Of a stretch of 64,000 nucleotides of DNA, positions 55,101 to 62,095 are shown piece by piece. The position numbers were made by a program, and so were the translations under genes. The stretch comes from Clostridia bacterium (GTDB lineage Bacteria; Bacillota; Clostridia; Christensenellales; DTU072). The stretch is from contig JAFXIQ010000015.1 of NCBI GenBank assembly GCA_017533005.1, positions 713 through 64,712 on the forward strand, read 5' to 3'. Below the pieces are notes generated by a model. It did no database searches. It saw only the letters and a program-made list of their open reading frames with translations, and had not been told where the DNA came from. Numbering within the stretch: the stretch's first letter is position 1; every line of letters starts with the position of its first letter.

Positions 55101-55499
55101 GAAATGATAGCCGACGGTATTTTAGACGGTGAAATGCCTATTGATAGGAGTGTTATCGTTAGAGCGATAAAGAATCCCTTGTTTGACGTAGCGCGTAGAG
55201 GCGCGTGCTATAGAGAGCAACCTTTCATAATGAGTTTGCCTGCGAACGAGATACTGAAGAACGTCGAAACTGCCGACAAGGTGCTAGTTCAAGGCATAAT
55301 CGACTTGTTAGTAAAAGACGAAGACGGCGAATACGTGCTTATAGACTACAAATACACGGGCGCATCGGAGCGCGAAGTGCGCGAGCGCTACTCGGAGCAA
55401 ATAGAACTATACACGCTCGCAATAGAAAAAACCGTTGGCAAAAAGCCCGTTAGAAGAGCAATCTACGTGCTCGGACGCGACTCCATCGTAGAATTTTAG
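52116..55499 (+). CDS. addA: ATP-dependent helicase/nuclease AddAB, subunit A
   Basis: UvrD/Rep motifs VSASAGSGKTTVM, IDEYQDTNRLQ, ITIHGSKGLEFPIVF and LYVAFTRAK. C-terminal nuclease motif GIIDLLVKDEDGEYVLIDYKYT. Confidence 0.9.
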   Translation: MAINWTKSQEDAIKHTKSSLLVSASAGSGKTTVMVEKILRYLQEGHDITRLVVITFTEASATDLKDSISRKLADVIRVSAPNSKETEHLKKQLDNLPFSYIGTIDSFCATIYKKYFEKIGVDPTYLILEESEEKAMKNQAFNSVLEEYLDSGDVVFKELAEKLKSGRSYEKMSKLVIDMLGFLAVQETPDVFLDKVINATNTKFGEDAVHDYLIAYFKKLAKKSKAKLMHAFQVSKELGENKFEQVRVDMFNALEGIEKASTLVEIGIIARENANIKNGAFKGKDVHKEATQLTASAYAIYEKLVSTLKTVLQDVDTLEERENSARVLSAKFAEFLSAVKKRYEGEKAHENRADFSDIEHCALKIVSIAEIAQEIADSIDHIYIDEYQDTNRLQEAIFAKIERKNMFLVGDIKQSIYGFRFAEPTIFSSKLDKFAENSEEGANIPFNENFRTETKVVKFINAVFNSLMTKDFGGVNYAKDAQLVPDTSITADDNVPPVEVVVFADEEAEQVEYPEVYSVKDAVLKTQSRSQEGIYIANRIKDVVGKFKIYDRKLDGIDKMRPIRYSDIAVLVRKRKNAAPIIKEFDRMDVPYTAASFDGDFDMTDVDAITAFLRVIDNHKNDMPLIKSLLTNIGNLSEDELLIIRQENPEEKYFYQAVEKCTHPLIRVKLDEYFEKVERYRKLAKAVDVAELFTSIAVELGVDAVAISDREEGRIESFNAYVSFLRGKEFAKDVASYLAYRDANTELTIKRPSAGSNAVRFITIHGSKGLEFPIVFVAGLGERPKGGNAYGNGASIDEEFGLGMDSFEDENQKSSTSLTTFATKIKKERKELEEEVRMLYVAFTRAKSHLILTGKESKELKEAFEDTDVAMQWLQMIGEKNAVVRDAIKQVSEVTELDVDVELKEYHARLLDGQTSLAFNYAHKEATTLSNKYSVTALNEAHDNIAEESTKTTVIVNENERSSTHSPEMGTLYHAIMENIDFNLTQKEEIERAIDEMIADGILDGEMPIDRSVIVRAIKNPLFDVARRGACYREQPFIMSLPANEILKNVETADKVLVQGIIDLLVKDEDGEYVLIDYKYTGASEREVRERYSEQIELYTLAIEKTVGKKPVRRAIYVLGRDSIVEF

Positions 55500-55550
55500 T
55501 AAAAATTATATATATTTATATATATTATTAATAAAAATTTTAAAAAAGTA

Positions 55551-55579
55551 TTGCAAAATCTCGCGAACGCGTTTATAAT
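55551..55579 (+). promoter_or_regulatory. sigma-A type promoter with an AT-rich upstream (UP-like) tract
   Basis: TTGCAA (55551-55556), 17 nt, TATAAT (55574-55579), preceded by about 50 nt of A/T-only sequence (55500-55549). Confidence 0.55.
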
Positions 55580-55614
55580 GTCAAGTATAAATAATCTCAC
55601 GAGGAAAAAGGGTT

Positions 55615-56730
55615 ATGGAAATTTTAAACAAAATTAAGGCAATTTTGACTAACGACATCGATGTTTTTAAACTAGGCGAAGGTTTATCTCCCGCTATCTA
55701 CATCATGTTAATCGGCGCAGTTCTCATTTTACTTGCTTTTTTCATCGCGCTTATTATCGTTGCAAATGGTAAAGCAAACGCATTCCGCAAGCAACTAGAC
55801 GATGCTACTGCATACATTAATGCAACCGGTGTTATCGACCAAGCTAATCTTGGTGGTGTTTACGAGCGCATTAAAGCTATGCCCGCACCCGTAGCAAAAG
55901 GATGGGGTGCTTTCCTCGAACAACAAACAGGATACCCCAGCGATTACATCGCAGAAAAAGACGTTCTAGGCGACCGTAAAGCATACGTTTCCGGAAAAGG
56001 TTTCTATACGTTCGTATCTACAATCGCAATTCTAATTGCTATCGCATTGAGCGCAATTTGCGGTTATGAAACTTTCGTTGGTGCAACCGTTGACGTTTCT
56101 ATAGTTGCTAACGTAGTTAAATTTGCACTTCCTGTTCTAGGAACTCTAGTCGTTCCATCAATCGTTTATGCGATTTTCGACGGTTTCCTAGCATTAGCAA
56201 ACAAGAACAACTACAAGAAACTATCAGCTAGCTTCCGTGCTTTCCAAGACGCACTTGATAACAACGTTATCATTTTCAGCGAATCACAAGACGAATTTGT
56301 CGAAGAAAACATTGAAGAAATCAATTCTGCTATAGAAGATATTCTTGCTAACAAACTTCAAGATAGCGAAATCGTAGTTATCGTAAATCCGCCCAAAGCA
56401 GAAGGCGAAAAGGTTGAAGAAACTCCCGTTGTTGCAGAAGTAGAAGAACCTCAAGAAGAAGTTGCTGCAGCTGCTCCCGCAGTAGTAGAAGAAGTTGTTG
56501 AAGAAGTGGTAGAAGAAGAAAACCCCTTCGTTAAACTTCTCGAACTAGTTAACATCGCAGATAGAGCATCAAAAGACCCCAAGATTACGGAAGAAGAACT
56601 ACTTGAACTAGCAGTTTACTACGAAGGAATCAAGAACGAACCCGACTTCGCAGATGCAGAAATTCAAGAATTACTTACCGACTGCATGATTATTCTATCA
56701 GACGCATATTTCACAAGATTTGCTAAATAA
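55615..56730 (+). CDS. hypothetical membrane protein with an acidic C-terminal region
   Basis: Several hydrophobic segments (AIYIMLIGAVLILLAFFIALIIVA, FVSTIAILIAIALSAI, VKFALPVLGTLVVPSIVYAIF), then EEPQEEVAAAAPAVVEEVVEEVVEEE. GAGGAAAAAGGG Shine-Dalgarno. Confidence 0.6.
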   Translation: MEILNKIKAILTNDIDVFKLGEGLSPAIYIMLIGAVLILLAFFIALIIVANGKANAFRKQLDDATAYINATGVIDQANLGGVYERIKAMPAPVAKGWGAFLEQQTGYPSDYIAEKDVLGDRKAYVSGKGFYTFVSTIAILIAIALSAICGYETFVGATVDVSIVANVVKFALPVLGTLVVPSIVYAIFDGFLALANKNNYKKLSASFRAFQDALDNNVIIFSESQDEFVEENIEEINSAIEDILANKLQDSEIVVIVNPPKAEGEKVEETPVVAEVEEPQEEVAAAAPAVVEEVVEEVVEEENPFVKLLELVNIADRASKDPKITEEELLELAVYYEGIKNEPDFADAEIQELLTDCMIILSDAYFTRFAK

Positions 56731-56870
56731 CAAGCATACCAACGGCTAGAAGCCGAAAGGAGTTCAAACGCTACAATGGATGATTACCCTCGAAGTAGCC
56801 AACTAAATATTACAACGAGCCATATCCGACACGCATTTTAACATGCGTGCCTAGCGTTTTATTGCACGCC

Positions 56871-56900
56871 AAGGGATATGGTCAAACATATCCCTTTTTT
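56871..56900 (+). terminator. rho-independent terminator or attenuator hairpin 30 nt upstream of corA
   Basis: AAGGGATATG-GTCAAA-CATATCCCTT followed by TTTT. It lies 140 nt after the upstream stop. Confidence 0.65.
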
Positions 56901-56930
56901 AATGCCGTTAAGGCAGAAGGTAGGTGCAAG

Positions 56931-57917
56931 ATGATTCAAATTTTTGAAACAAAGGGCAAAGCCCTAGTAGAACTCGACGCAGAGTTCGGCAAGAAAATGA
57001 ACTTGAAGAACAAGTGGATACACTTGGAGAATCCGACCGATAGAGAAATCGAGCTCATAGAGCGCGTTACGGGCGTATCGGAAGATATGCTAAAAGCCGC
57101 GTTGGACGAAGAAGAACGCGCACGTATCGAGTTGGATGAGGGCGACACCCTAGTACTTTTTGACGTTCCGATTATCGAAGACGACGAAGAAGCTAGATAC
57201 TTCAGTTATTCTACGATGCCTATAGGCGTTATCACTACGCAAAACTGTGTCGTTACGGTTTGCTTAAAAGAAAACTCCATTATCAGCAACTTAATGAACA
57301 ACCGAATTAGGAACCTTGATACGGCAAAGAGAAAAAGATTTGTTTATCAAATGCTCTACAGCACGCACGTCAAGTTCTTGCAATATTTGCGCCAAATCGA
57401 CCGTTCTTCACAACGTATTCAAGCAGAACTACACCGTTCAACCAAGAACAAAGAGCTCATTCAGCTATTCGACCTAGAAAACTCACTAGTATACTTCTCA
57501 ACGTCACTACGTGCTAATAGCATTATTATCGAAAGACTTATCCGCCTTGATGATAAAAAGGTTGAAGAAGATACCGAGTTATTGGATGACGTAGCGATTG
57601 AAAATAGACAGGCTCTCGATATGTGTAACATTTACAGAGACATTTTGTCAGGAACGATGGATACCTACGCATCGGTTATCTCGAATAACCTTAACATCAT
57701 AATGCGACTACTTACCGCACTAACGGTTATCATCTCCATTCCTACGTTGTTCGCATCGTTCTGGGGTATGAATACGGGAGTCCCGTTCCAAGGCGAAGTT
57801 TACGGATTCTGGATAGTGGTTGGAATAAGCACGATAGCTGCAGCAATATCCGGATACTTCCTACTCCGTTCAAAAAAGAGTTACAAAAAAGATAAAACGA
57901 ATAAACATAAAAAGTAA
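56931..57917 (+). CDS. corA: CorA-family magnesium/cobalt transporter
   Basis: C-terminal FWGMNTGVPF (the GMN motif) between two TM helices. The track start GTG 56847 lies inside hairpin-rich leader sequence. ATG 56931 (MIQIFETKGKA) has GAAGGTAGG upstream. Confidence 0.85.
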   Translation: MIQIFETKGKALVELDAEFGKKMNLKNKWIHLENPTDREIELIERVTGVSEDMLKAALDEEERARIELDEGDTLVLFDVPIIEDDEEARYFSYSTMPIGVITTQNCVVTVCLKENSIISNLMNNRIRNLDTAKRKRFVYQMLYSTHVKFLQYLRQIDRSSQRIQAELHRSTKNKELIQLFDLENSLVYFSTSLRANSIIIERLIRLDDKKVEEDTELLDDVAIENRQALDMCNIYRDILSGTMDTYASVISNNLNIIMRLLTALTVIISIPTLFASFWGMNTGVPFQGEVYGFWIVVGISTIAAAISGYFLLRSKKSYKKDKTNKHKK

Positions 57918-57920
57918 ACA

Positions 57921-57950
57921 AAAAAGACAAGCGAAAGGCTTGTCTTTTTT
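57921..57950 (+). terminator. rho-independent terminator after corA
   Basis: AAGACAAGC-GAAAG-GCTTGTCTT followed by TTTT. Confidence 0.8.
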
Positions 57951-57996
57951 ATGCAAACTAGCGTAGCGTTCTTCCTTATACTAATTAAAAACGGAG

Positions 57997-58025
57997 TTGA
58001 CAATCCGAAAACATAATACTATAAT
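57997..58025 (+). promoter_or_regulatory. consensus sigma-A promoter
   Basis: TTGACA (57997-58002), 17 nt, TATAAT (58020-58025). Confidence 0.65.
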
Positions 58026-58070
58026 TTAGCTATATATTTGTTAAGCAATGTGTAAAGGATAAAGAAAGTT

Positions 58071-58529
58071 ATGAAAAAAGCAAAACTTCTCTTATTTTTA
58101 GTTATGATACTCGTAGTGGCATCTATGGTACTGTTTGCGTGTGGCGATAAAGACGCCCACGATTGCAAAGACGAAAACTTCGACCACAAATGCGACGTAT
58201 GTGAAAAGGTATTAAGCGATTGCAAAGACGAAGATAATGACGGATTTTGTGATATTTATAATGAGTATATAGGATGTTTGTCGTTTACAAAAAATCAAGA
58301 TAATACTTATAGCGTATATCGCTGTGATGGAAGTCGTAGGGACGTTATTATTCCTTCTACTTATAAGGGATTGCCCGTAACAAGTATTGGTAATGATGCC
58401 TTCTATAAATGCACGTCGCTCACAAGTATAGAAATACCAAGTAGCGTAACAAGTATTGGTGAATATGCCTTCGCGGCTTGCACGTCGCTCACAATTTATT
58501 GCGAAGCGGAAAGTTGGCCTAGCGGTTAG
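58071..58529 (+). CDS. small lipoprotein with Cys/Asp-rich repeats and BspA-type leucine-rich repeats, ending at an in-frame TAG with a conserved-looking tail beyond it
   Basis: Lipobox MVLFAC|GD. CKDENFDHKCDVC and CKDEDNDGFCD repeats. LRR_5-like units IPSTYKGLPVTSIGNDAFYKCTSLTSIEIPSSVTSIGEYAFAACTSL. After TAG 58527-58529 the same frame reads DADWNYSDRPVVWGYSENA, then TAA at 58587-58589. Confidence 0.65.
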   Translation: MKKAKLLLFLVMILVVASMVLFACGDKDAHDCKDENFDHKCDVCEKVLSDCKDEDNDGFCDIYNEYIGCLSFTKNQDNTYSVYRCDGSRRDVIIPSTYKGLPVTSIGNDAFYKCTSLTSIEIPSSVTSIGEYAFAACTSLTIYCEAESWPSG

Positions 58530-58611
58530 GACGCTGATTGGAATTATAGTGATAGACCTGTTGTGTGGGGATATAGTGAAAACGCATAAGCATAGTCGCA
58601 AACTAAATAAT

Positions 58612-58655
58612 ATAAACAAAAAAGGTTCGCTGAATGCGAACCTTTTCTTTTATAT
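58612..58655. terminator. bidirectional rho-independent terminator between convergent genes
   Basis: AAAAAAGGTTCGC-TGAAT-GCGAACCTTTTCTTTT, with an A-run on one side and a T-run on the other. Confidence 0.75.
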
Positions 58656-58664
58656 TTTTAACAA

Positions 58665-59450
58665 TTAGTCGTTGTCAGTTTCTACCGTAATGATTTCTTC
58701 GGTTTCTTCAACTGCTTCTTCAATAGTTTCTTCGATAGCTTCTTCAATAGTTTCTTCGACTGCTTCTTCAGCAACGTCTTCGACGATTTCTTGAACTACT
58801 TCTTCTGCGATAGCTTCTTCTTGAACTTCTTCTGCTTCTTCCTTGATTTCTTCGAAAACGGGAGCTTCTGCAGGTTTGTTGATAATAACGCTCTTTTTGA
58901 GTTCTTCAACTTTTGCGTCAACGTCTTTTTCGCTGGGAACGAAAGTGTTTTTAGATTTAATAATCTTGTAGTCAATAGATGCAAATTCGATACCGAAAAT
59001 TTCTTTGAAAGTTTCGATGATAATAGCTCTTACGCGAGTAACAACTTCGAGCGTTTCATCGGTTGAAATCTTGATATCAAGACGCATTTTAACGTTGCCG
59101 TTTTCGTCGGAAGTTAGGTGAACTTTCTTAATCTTTGCTTCGGGAACTTGTTTGGTAACTCTAATCGCTGTTTTCTTGAGAACGGAAACGGTAGCTTTCG
59201 TTGCGCTTTCCTTGTCTTTGAAGAGAAGAACGGCAGATAGCTTTTCGTTATCAATGAATGATGCGTAAATATTTAGACCGGTTAGAACAGCAAATACAAC
59301 GCCTAGGGCGATTAGTAGTGCGTGAACAAGGTCGTTATCAAGGTCAGCAGTTTCTATTCCACCGAACATCGTAACAAGTATTAGAATTACGAAGAGAGTG
59401 CTAACAACACCCAAAGTAATGGAAACTATTTTTTCAAATACTTTTTTCAT
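58665..59450 (-). CDS. membrane protein, possibly an AmaP/Asp23-like alkaline-shock anchor, with an acidic repeat tail
   Basis: Two N-terminal TM segments and a central domain (ATVSVLKKTAIRVTKQVPEAKIKKVHLTSDENGNVKMRLDIKIS...) reminiscent of Asp23/AmaP. The C-terminus reads EEAVEETIEEAIEETIEEAVEETEE. AAGGAG lies 6 nt upstream. The family call is tentative. Confidence 0.55.
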   Translation of the reverse strand: MKKVFEKIVSITLGVVSTLFVILILVTMFGGIETADLDNDLVHALLIALGVVFAVLTGLNIYASFIDNEKLSAVLLFKDKESATKATVSVLKKTAIRVTKQVPEAKIKKVHLTSDENGNVKMRLDIKISTDETLEVVTRVRAIIIETFKEIFGIEFASIDYKIIKSKNTFVPSEKDVDAKVEELKKSVIINKPAEAPVFEEIKEEAEEVQEEAIAEEVVQEIVEDVAEEAVEETIEEAIEETIEEAVEETEEIITVETDND

Positions 59451-59504
59451 AAAGGGCTCCTTTTTGTTTATTTTTGCACAAAATCGAATTGTTTAGTTTA
59501 GTAA

Positions 59505-59534
59505 AGTATAACACTACACGTGCGTATTATGCAA
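59505..59534 (-). promoter_or_regulatory. sigma-A type promoter (minus strand) with an extended -10
   Basis: On the minus strand: TTGCAT (59534-59529), 18 nt, TGT-TATACT (-10 at 59510-59505). Confidence 0.5.
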
Positions 59535-59565
59535 GAAGATTTTTAATTTATTCGCGGGAGTAGCG

Positions 59566-60087
59566 TTATTTGACGTAATTTACGTCGATAGCGTGTCTAG
59601 GCTCGGAATAAGTGTCTAAATCTTGTTTTGCATAGCCTATGCCGAGCGCTGAAATCGGCTCGAAGCCTTCGGGAAGATTAAGACGTGCTACCAAATCGGG
59701 GTGCTCTTTCATAGGCGCGATAAAGCCCCATAAATATATGCTAGCGAGCCCTAAAGCTCTTGCTGCAACGGCCATATTCTCAATAATACAGCCTGTGTCA
59801 CTCAATCTTAAGTCTTTTCTTTCGTTGTTAGAAGAAACGAAAATAACTACGGGAGCTCCGTAGAAAGGGGCTCTGTTTCTAGACGTTTCATCTGCCGTAA
59901 TATGGGTAATGTCTTGTAAAAGGTCGTAATTAGAAACCACTGTTAAGTGCATAGTTTCATAGCGACTTCTACCTACGGGAGCTGCCATGCCTGCGTTTAA
60001 AATCTTCTCTATAAAAGCGTCGCCGGGAACCATCTCCGCGAAATCTCTAGTAGATTTTCTTGAGTATAAAGCTGTAAAAGCGTCCAT
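59566..60087 (-). CDS. nitroreductase-family protein
   Basis: N-terminal LYSRKSTRDF (the RxSxRxF FMN-binding motif) and a size of about 170 aa. AGGAGA lies 6 nt upstream. Confidence 0.7.
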   Translation of the reverse strand: MDAFTALYSRKSTRDFAEMVPGDAFIEKILNAGMAAPVGRSRYETMHLTVVSNYDLLQDITHITADETSRNRAPFYGAPVVIFVSSNNERKDLRLSDTGCIIENMAVAARALGLASIYLWGFIAPMKEHPDLVARLNLPEGFEPISALGIGYAKQDLDTYSEPRHAIDVNYVK

Positions 60088-60103
60088 AAAATATTCTCCT
60101 TTT

Positions 60104-60712
60104 TTAATAATTCATAAATTTAATTTTATCGTGAAGAGCGAGAAGCTCTTTTTCTTTTTTGTCGTTAAAAAGCTTTTTATTATTCTCAAACAAGTTGTTG
60201 CCCTTCGTATCAATAGATACGATTAGGGGACCAAATTCTTTTACTTTGAGAACCCAAAACGCTTCGGGCATACCTAGGTCGAGCCATTCCACGTCGGTGA
60301 TTTCTTCTACTTCAGAAGCTGCTACGACTGCGGCACCACCCGGGAAAACCGTGTGCACGACTTTGTTGTCGATACAAGCTTTCGTGGTCTTTTCGCCCAT
60401 TCCGCCTTTGCCGATAATGAGCTTAACTCCGGTAGCTTCAATAAATTCTTTTTCGTACTTTTCCATGCGCATGCTTGTAGTAGGGCCAACGGAAACCATT
60501 TCCCATTTATCGTTTGTTTTTTTAACGATAGGGCCTGCGTGGAACACGGCGCCACCTTGCAAGTCGACTTTGGGTTTGACGTTAGATAGCACGCGTCTTT
60601 TGTGTCCGGTGTCACGGCAAGTTACTAGGGTGCCTGTGAGATATATTACGTCACCTATGCGTAGGTCGATAAGGTCTTCGGTCTTTATAGGAGTAGTGAG
60701 AATTTTTTTCAT
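60104..60712 (-). CDS. class I fumarate hydratase / Fe-S hydro-lyase, beta (C-terminal catalytic) subunit
   Basis: [29 protein letters not shown] and IGKGGMG are typical of the tartrate/fumarate hydro-lyase beta-type domain. AAGGAG upstream. It overlaps the alpha subunit stop. Confidence 0.8.
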   Translation of the reverse strand: MKKILTTPIKTEDLIDLRIGDVIYLTGTLVTCRDTGHKRRVLSNVKPKVDLQGGAVFHAGPIVKKTNDKWEMVSVGPTTSMRMEKYEKEFIEATGVKLIIGKGGMGEKTTKACIDNKVVHTVFPGGAAVVAASEVEEITDVEWLDLGMPEAFWVLKVKEFGPLIVSIDTKGNNLFENNKKLFNDKKEKELLALHDKIKFMNY

Positions 60713-61599
60713 AGCACAACTCCTTTGTGTGTTAGAATTTCGTAGCTCATATCGCTATTGAATACTATTGTACCTCTACGATGTGCCCAACAACCGAAAG
60801 CAACGGCTGCGCCCATAGAAGAAGGATGCCTTGCCATATTTTCGACGTTAACGCATAACACGCTGGTTTTTCCCGATAAGCCTTGTGGGCCAATACCGAT
60901 ATTGTTTAAGCTGTTTTCTAGCTCGACTTCCATTTTTGCGACAAGGGGCTCCGGGTTTCTCGAGCCAACCGTGCGAAGAGAGGCTTTTTTTGCGAGCTTT
61001 GCGCTAGTTGCCATGCACGGACCTATTCCTATTCCAACCACGAGTGGTGGGCAGGCGTTTATGCCGTAATTAACCATAGTATCTGCAACGAAATCAGCAA
61101 TGCCTTCGTATCCTGCCGACGGCATAAATACGGTTGCGCGTCCGGGGAGCGAGCAACCTCCGCCTGCGAGATAAATATCCATTTCTAACTTATCGCTATA
61201 CGGGACTATTTCGTAATCAACGTAGGGGACTTTTTTGCCAACGTTGGTGCCGGTATTTTTCTCTACAAAAGTTTCTACGGCGTTGTGACGCAAAGGAATG
61301 ATGGCGGTGCCCTTTTCTACGACTTCACGAAGTAGCCCTTCTAGCTCGTCGATTAACGGGAACTTCGTTCCCACTCTCAAAAAGAATTGCACGACGCCTG
61401 TGTCTTGACAGAGTGGTCTATCAAGAGTTACGGCTTTTTCCATGTTTTCGAACATAGAGTTGTAAATAGCCTTTGGCATAGGGTCGGTTTCTTTCTCAGA
61501 GAGTTCTTTTAGTTTTGCTACGACGTCGTCGGGAAGGACTTTCGAAACAACGTTCAAAAACTTGATTGTTGTGTCGACGAAACTACGAGCGTTATCCAT
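60709..61599 (-). CDS. class I fumarate hydratase / Fe-S hydro-lyase, alpha subunit
   Basis: [12 protein letters not shown] (the Fe-S ligand region CQDTG) and GGGCSLPG, plus pairing with the beta subunit. AAGGAGA upstream. Confidence 0.8.
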   Translation of the reverse strand: MDNARSFVDTTIKFLNVVSKVLPDDVVAKLKELSEKETDPMPKAIYNSMFENMEKAVTLDRPLCQDTGVVQFFLRVGTKFPLIDELEGLLREVVEKGTAIIPLRHNAVETFVEKNTGTNVGKKVPYVDYEIVPYSDKLEMDIYLAGGGCSLPGRATVFMPSAGYEGIADFVADTMVNYGINACPPLVVGIGIGPCMATSAKLAKKASLRTVGSRNPEPLVAKMEVELENSLNNIGIGPQGLSGKTSVLCVNVENMARHPSSMGAAVAFGCWAHRRGTIVFNSDMSYEILTHKGVVL

Positions 61600-61627
61600 A
61601 TACGTTCTCCTTGTGTTGCTAATAAAT

Positions 61628-61656
61628 ATTGTAACACATTATCGGTTGCATTACAA
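61628..61656 (-). promoter_or_regulatory. sigma-A type promoter (minus strand) for the fumarase-nitroreductase operon
   Basis: On the minus strand: TTGTAA (61656-61651), 17 nt, TACAAT (61633-61628), with TGT immediately upstream as an extended -10. Confidence 0.55.
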
Positions 61657-61703
61657 TAAATTATTGATTTTTACAACTTATAGACATAAGTTGTCGTTTT
61701 GAG

Positions 61704-61732
61704 TTGACTTAATTGATTAATAAGAATAGAAT
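61704..61732 (+). promoter_or_regulatory. sigma-A type promoter for the 61763/antiporter operon
   Basis: TTGACT (61704-61709), 17 nt, TAGAAT (61727-61732). AGGAGAG Shine-Dalgarno before ATG 61763. Confidence 0.55.
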
Positions 61733-61762
61733 ATAGCCGAAATCACCATTAGGAGAGAAAAA

Positions 61763-62095
61763 ATGGAATTACTATTTGTAACGATGGACGACACAAATCT
61801 TTTTATGAAAGCCCTTATTGAGTTGCAAAAAAAACAACTCAAAGGAATCGCGCTTCCTAGCCATAGCTTGAGATATGCTATCGAGCATGAACACGAGCAT
61901 GTGCCCGTATTTGGATTTTTAACAAAAATGTTTCACCCTGAATACGAAAAAGTTAACACCATGGTTGTGCTTGTGAACGAAGAGCAATATCAAATCGCTG
62001 TTGATACTATCAAAAGTATAACTGAAGGCATGAAGAGCGAAGGTCATATGTTTACTATGCCGATTTCAAAATACGAAACGTTAGGAGATAAATAA
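61763..62095 (+). CDS. hypothetical small cytoplasmic protein (110 aa), co-transcribed with the antiporter
   Basis: Good Shine-Dalgarno. The stop overlaps the start of the next gene (TAATG). No recognisable motif. Confidence 0.55.
   Translation: MELLFVTMDDTNLFMKALIELQKKQLKGIALPSHSLRYAIEHEHEHVPVFGFLTKMFHPEYEKVNTMVVLVNEEQYQIAVDTIKSITEGMKSEGHMFTMPISKYETLGDK

Noticed and set aside
55500-55550. A/T-only 50-nt tract (TAAAAATTATATATATTTATATATATTATTAATAAAAATTTTAAAAAAG) as a possible mobile-element end or replication-related repeat
   Set aside because: There are no flanking inverted or direct repeats, and no integrase or transposase nearby. It sits directly upstream of a good promoter and is best read as a UP-element-like intergenic spacer.
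56731-56930. M-box (ykoK-type) Mg2+ riboswitch upstream of corA
   Set aside because: The conserved M-box core strings as I remember them (GUUAGGUGAGGCU, CGACAUAAGGU, GCUAAAGCUCUAC) are not present. There is only a vague resemblance (AACGCTACAATGGATG versus GACGCUAAUGGGU). The region is kept as a generic structured leader instead.
9049-58529. Alternative genetic code (TGA or TAG reassigned) as an explanation for the two in-frame stops with coding continuation
   Set aside because: All three stop codons terminate well-supported conserved genes at the expected lengths. TGA ends spoIIE, GH95 and the fumarase alpha subunit. TAG ends addA, addB and the ROK gene. TAA ends the P-type ATPase, lepB and corA. 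The two anomalies also use different stop codons. The standard code 11 fits.
58456-58668. 70-aa ORF overlapping the end of the LRR lipoprotein gene
   Set aside because: It is out of frame with the LRR gene and runs through the bidirectional terminator hairpin. The in-frame continuation of the LRR gene explains the coding-like signal better.
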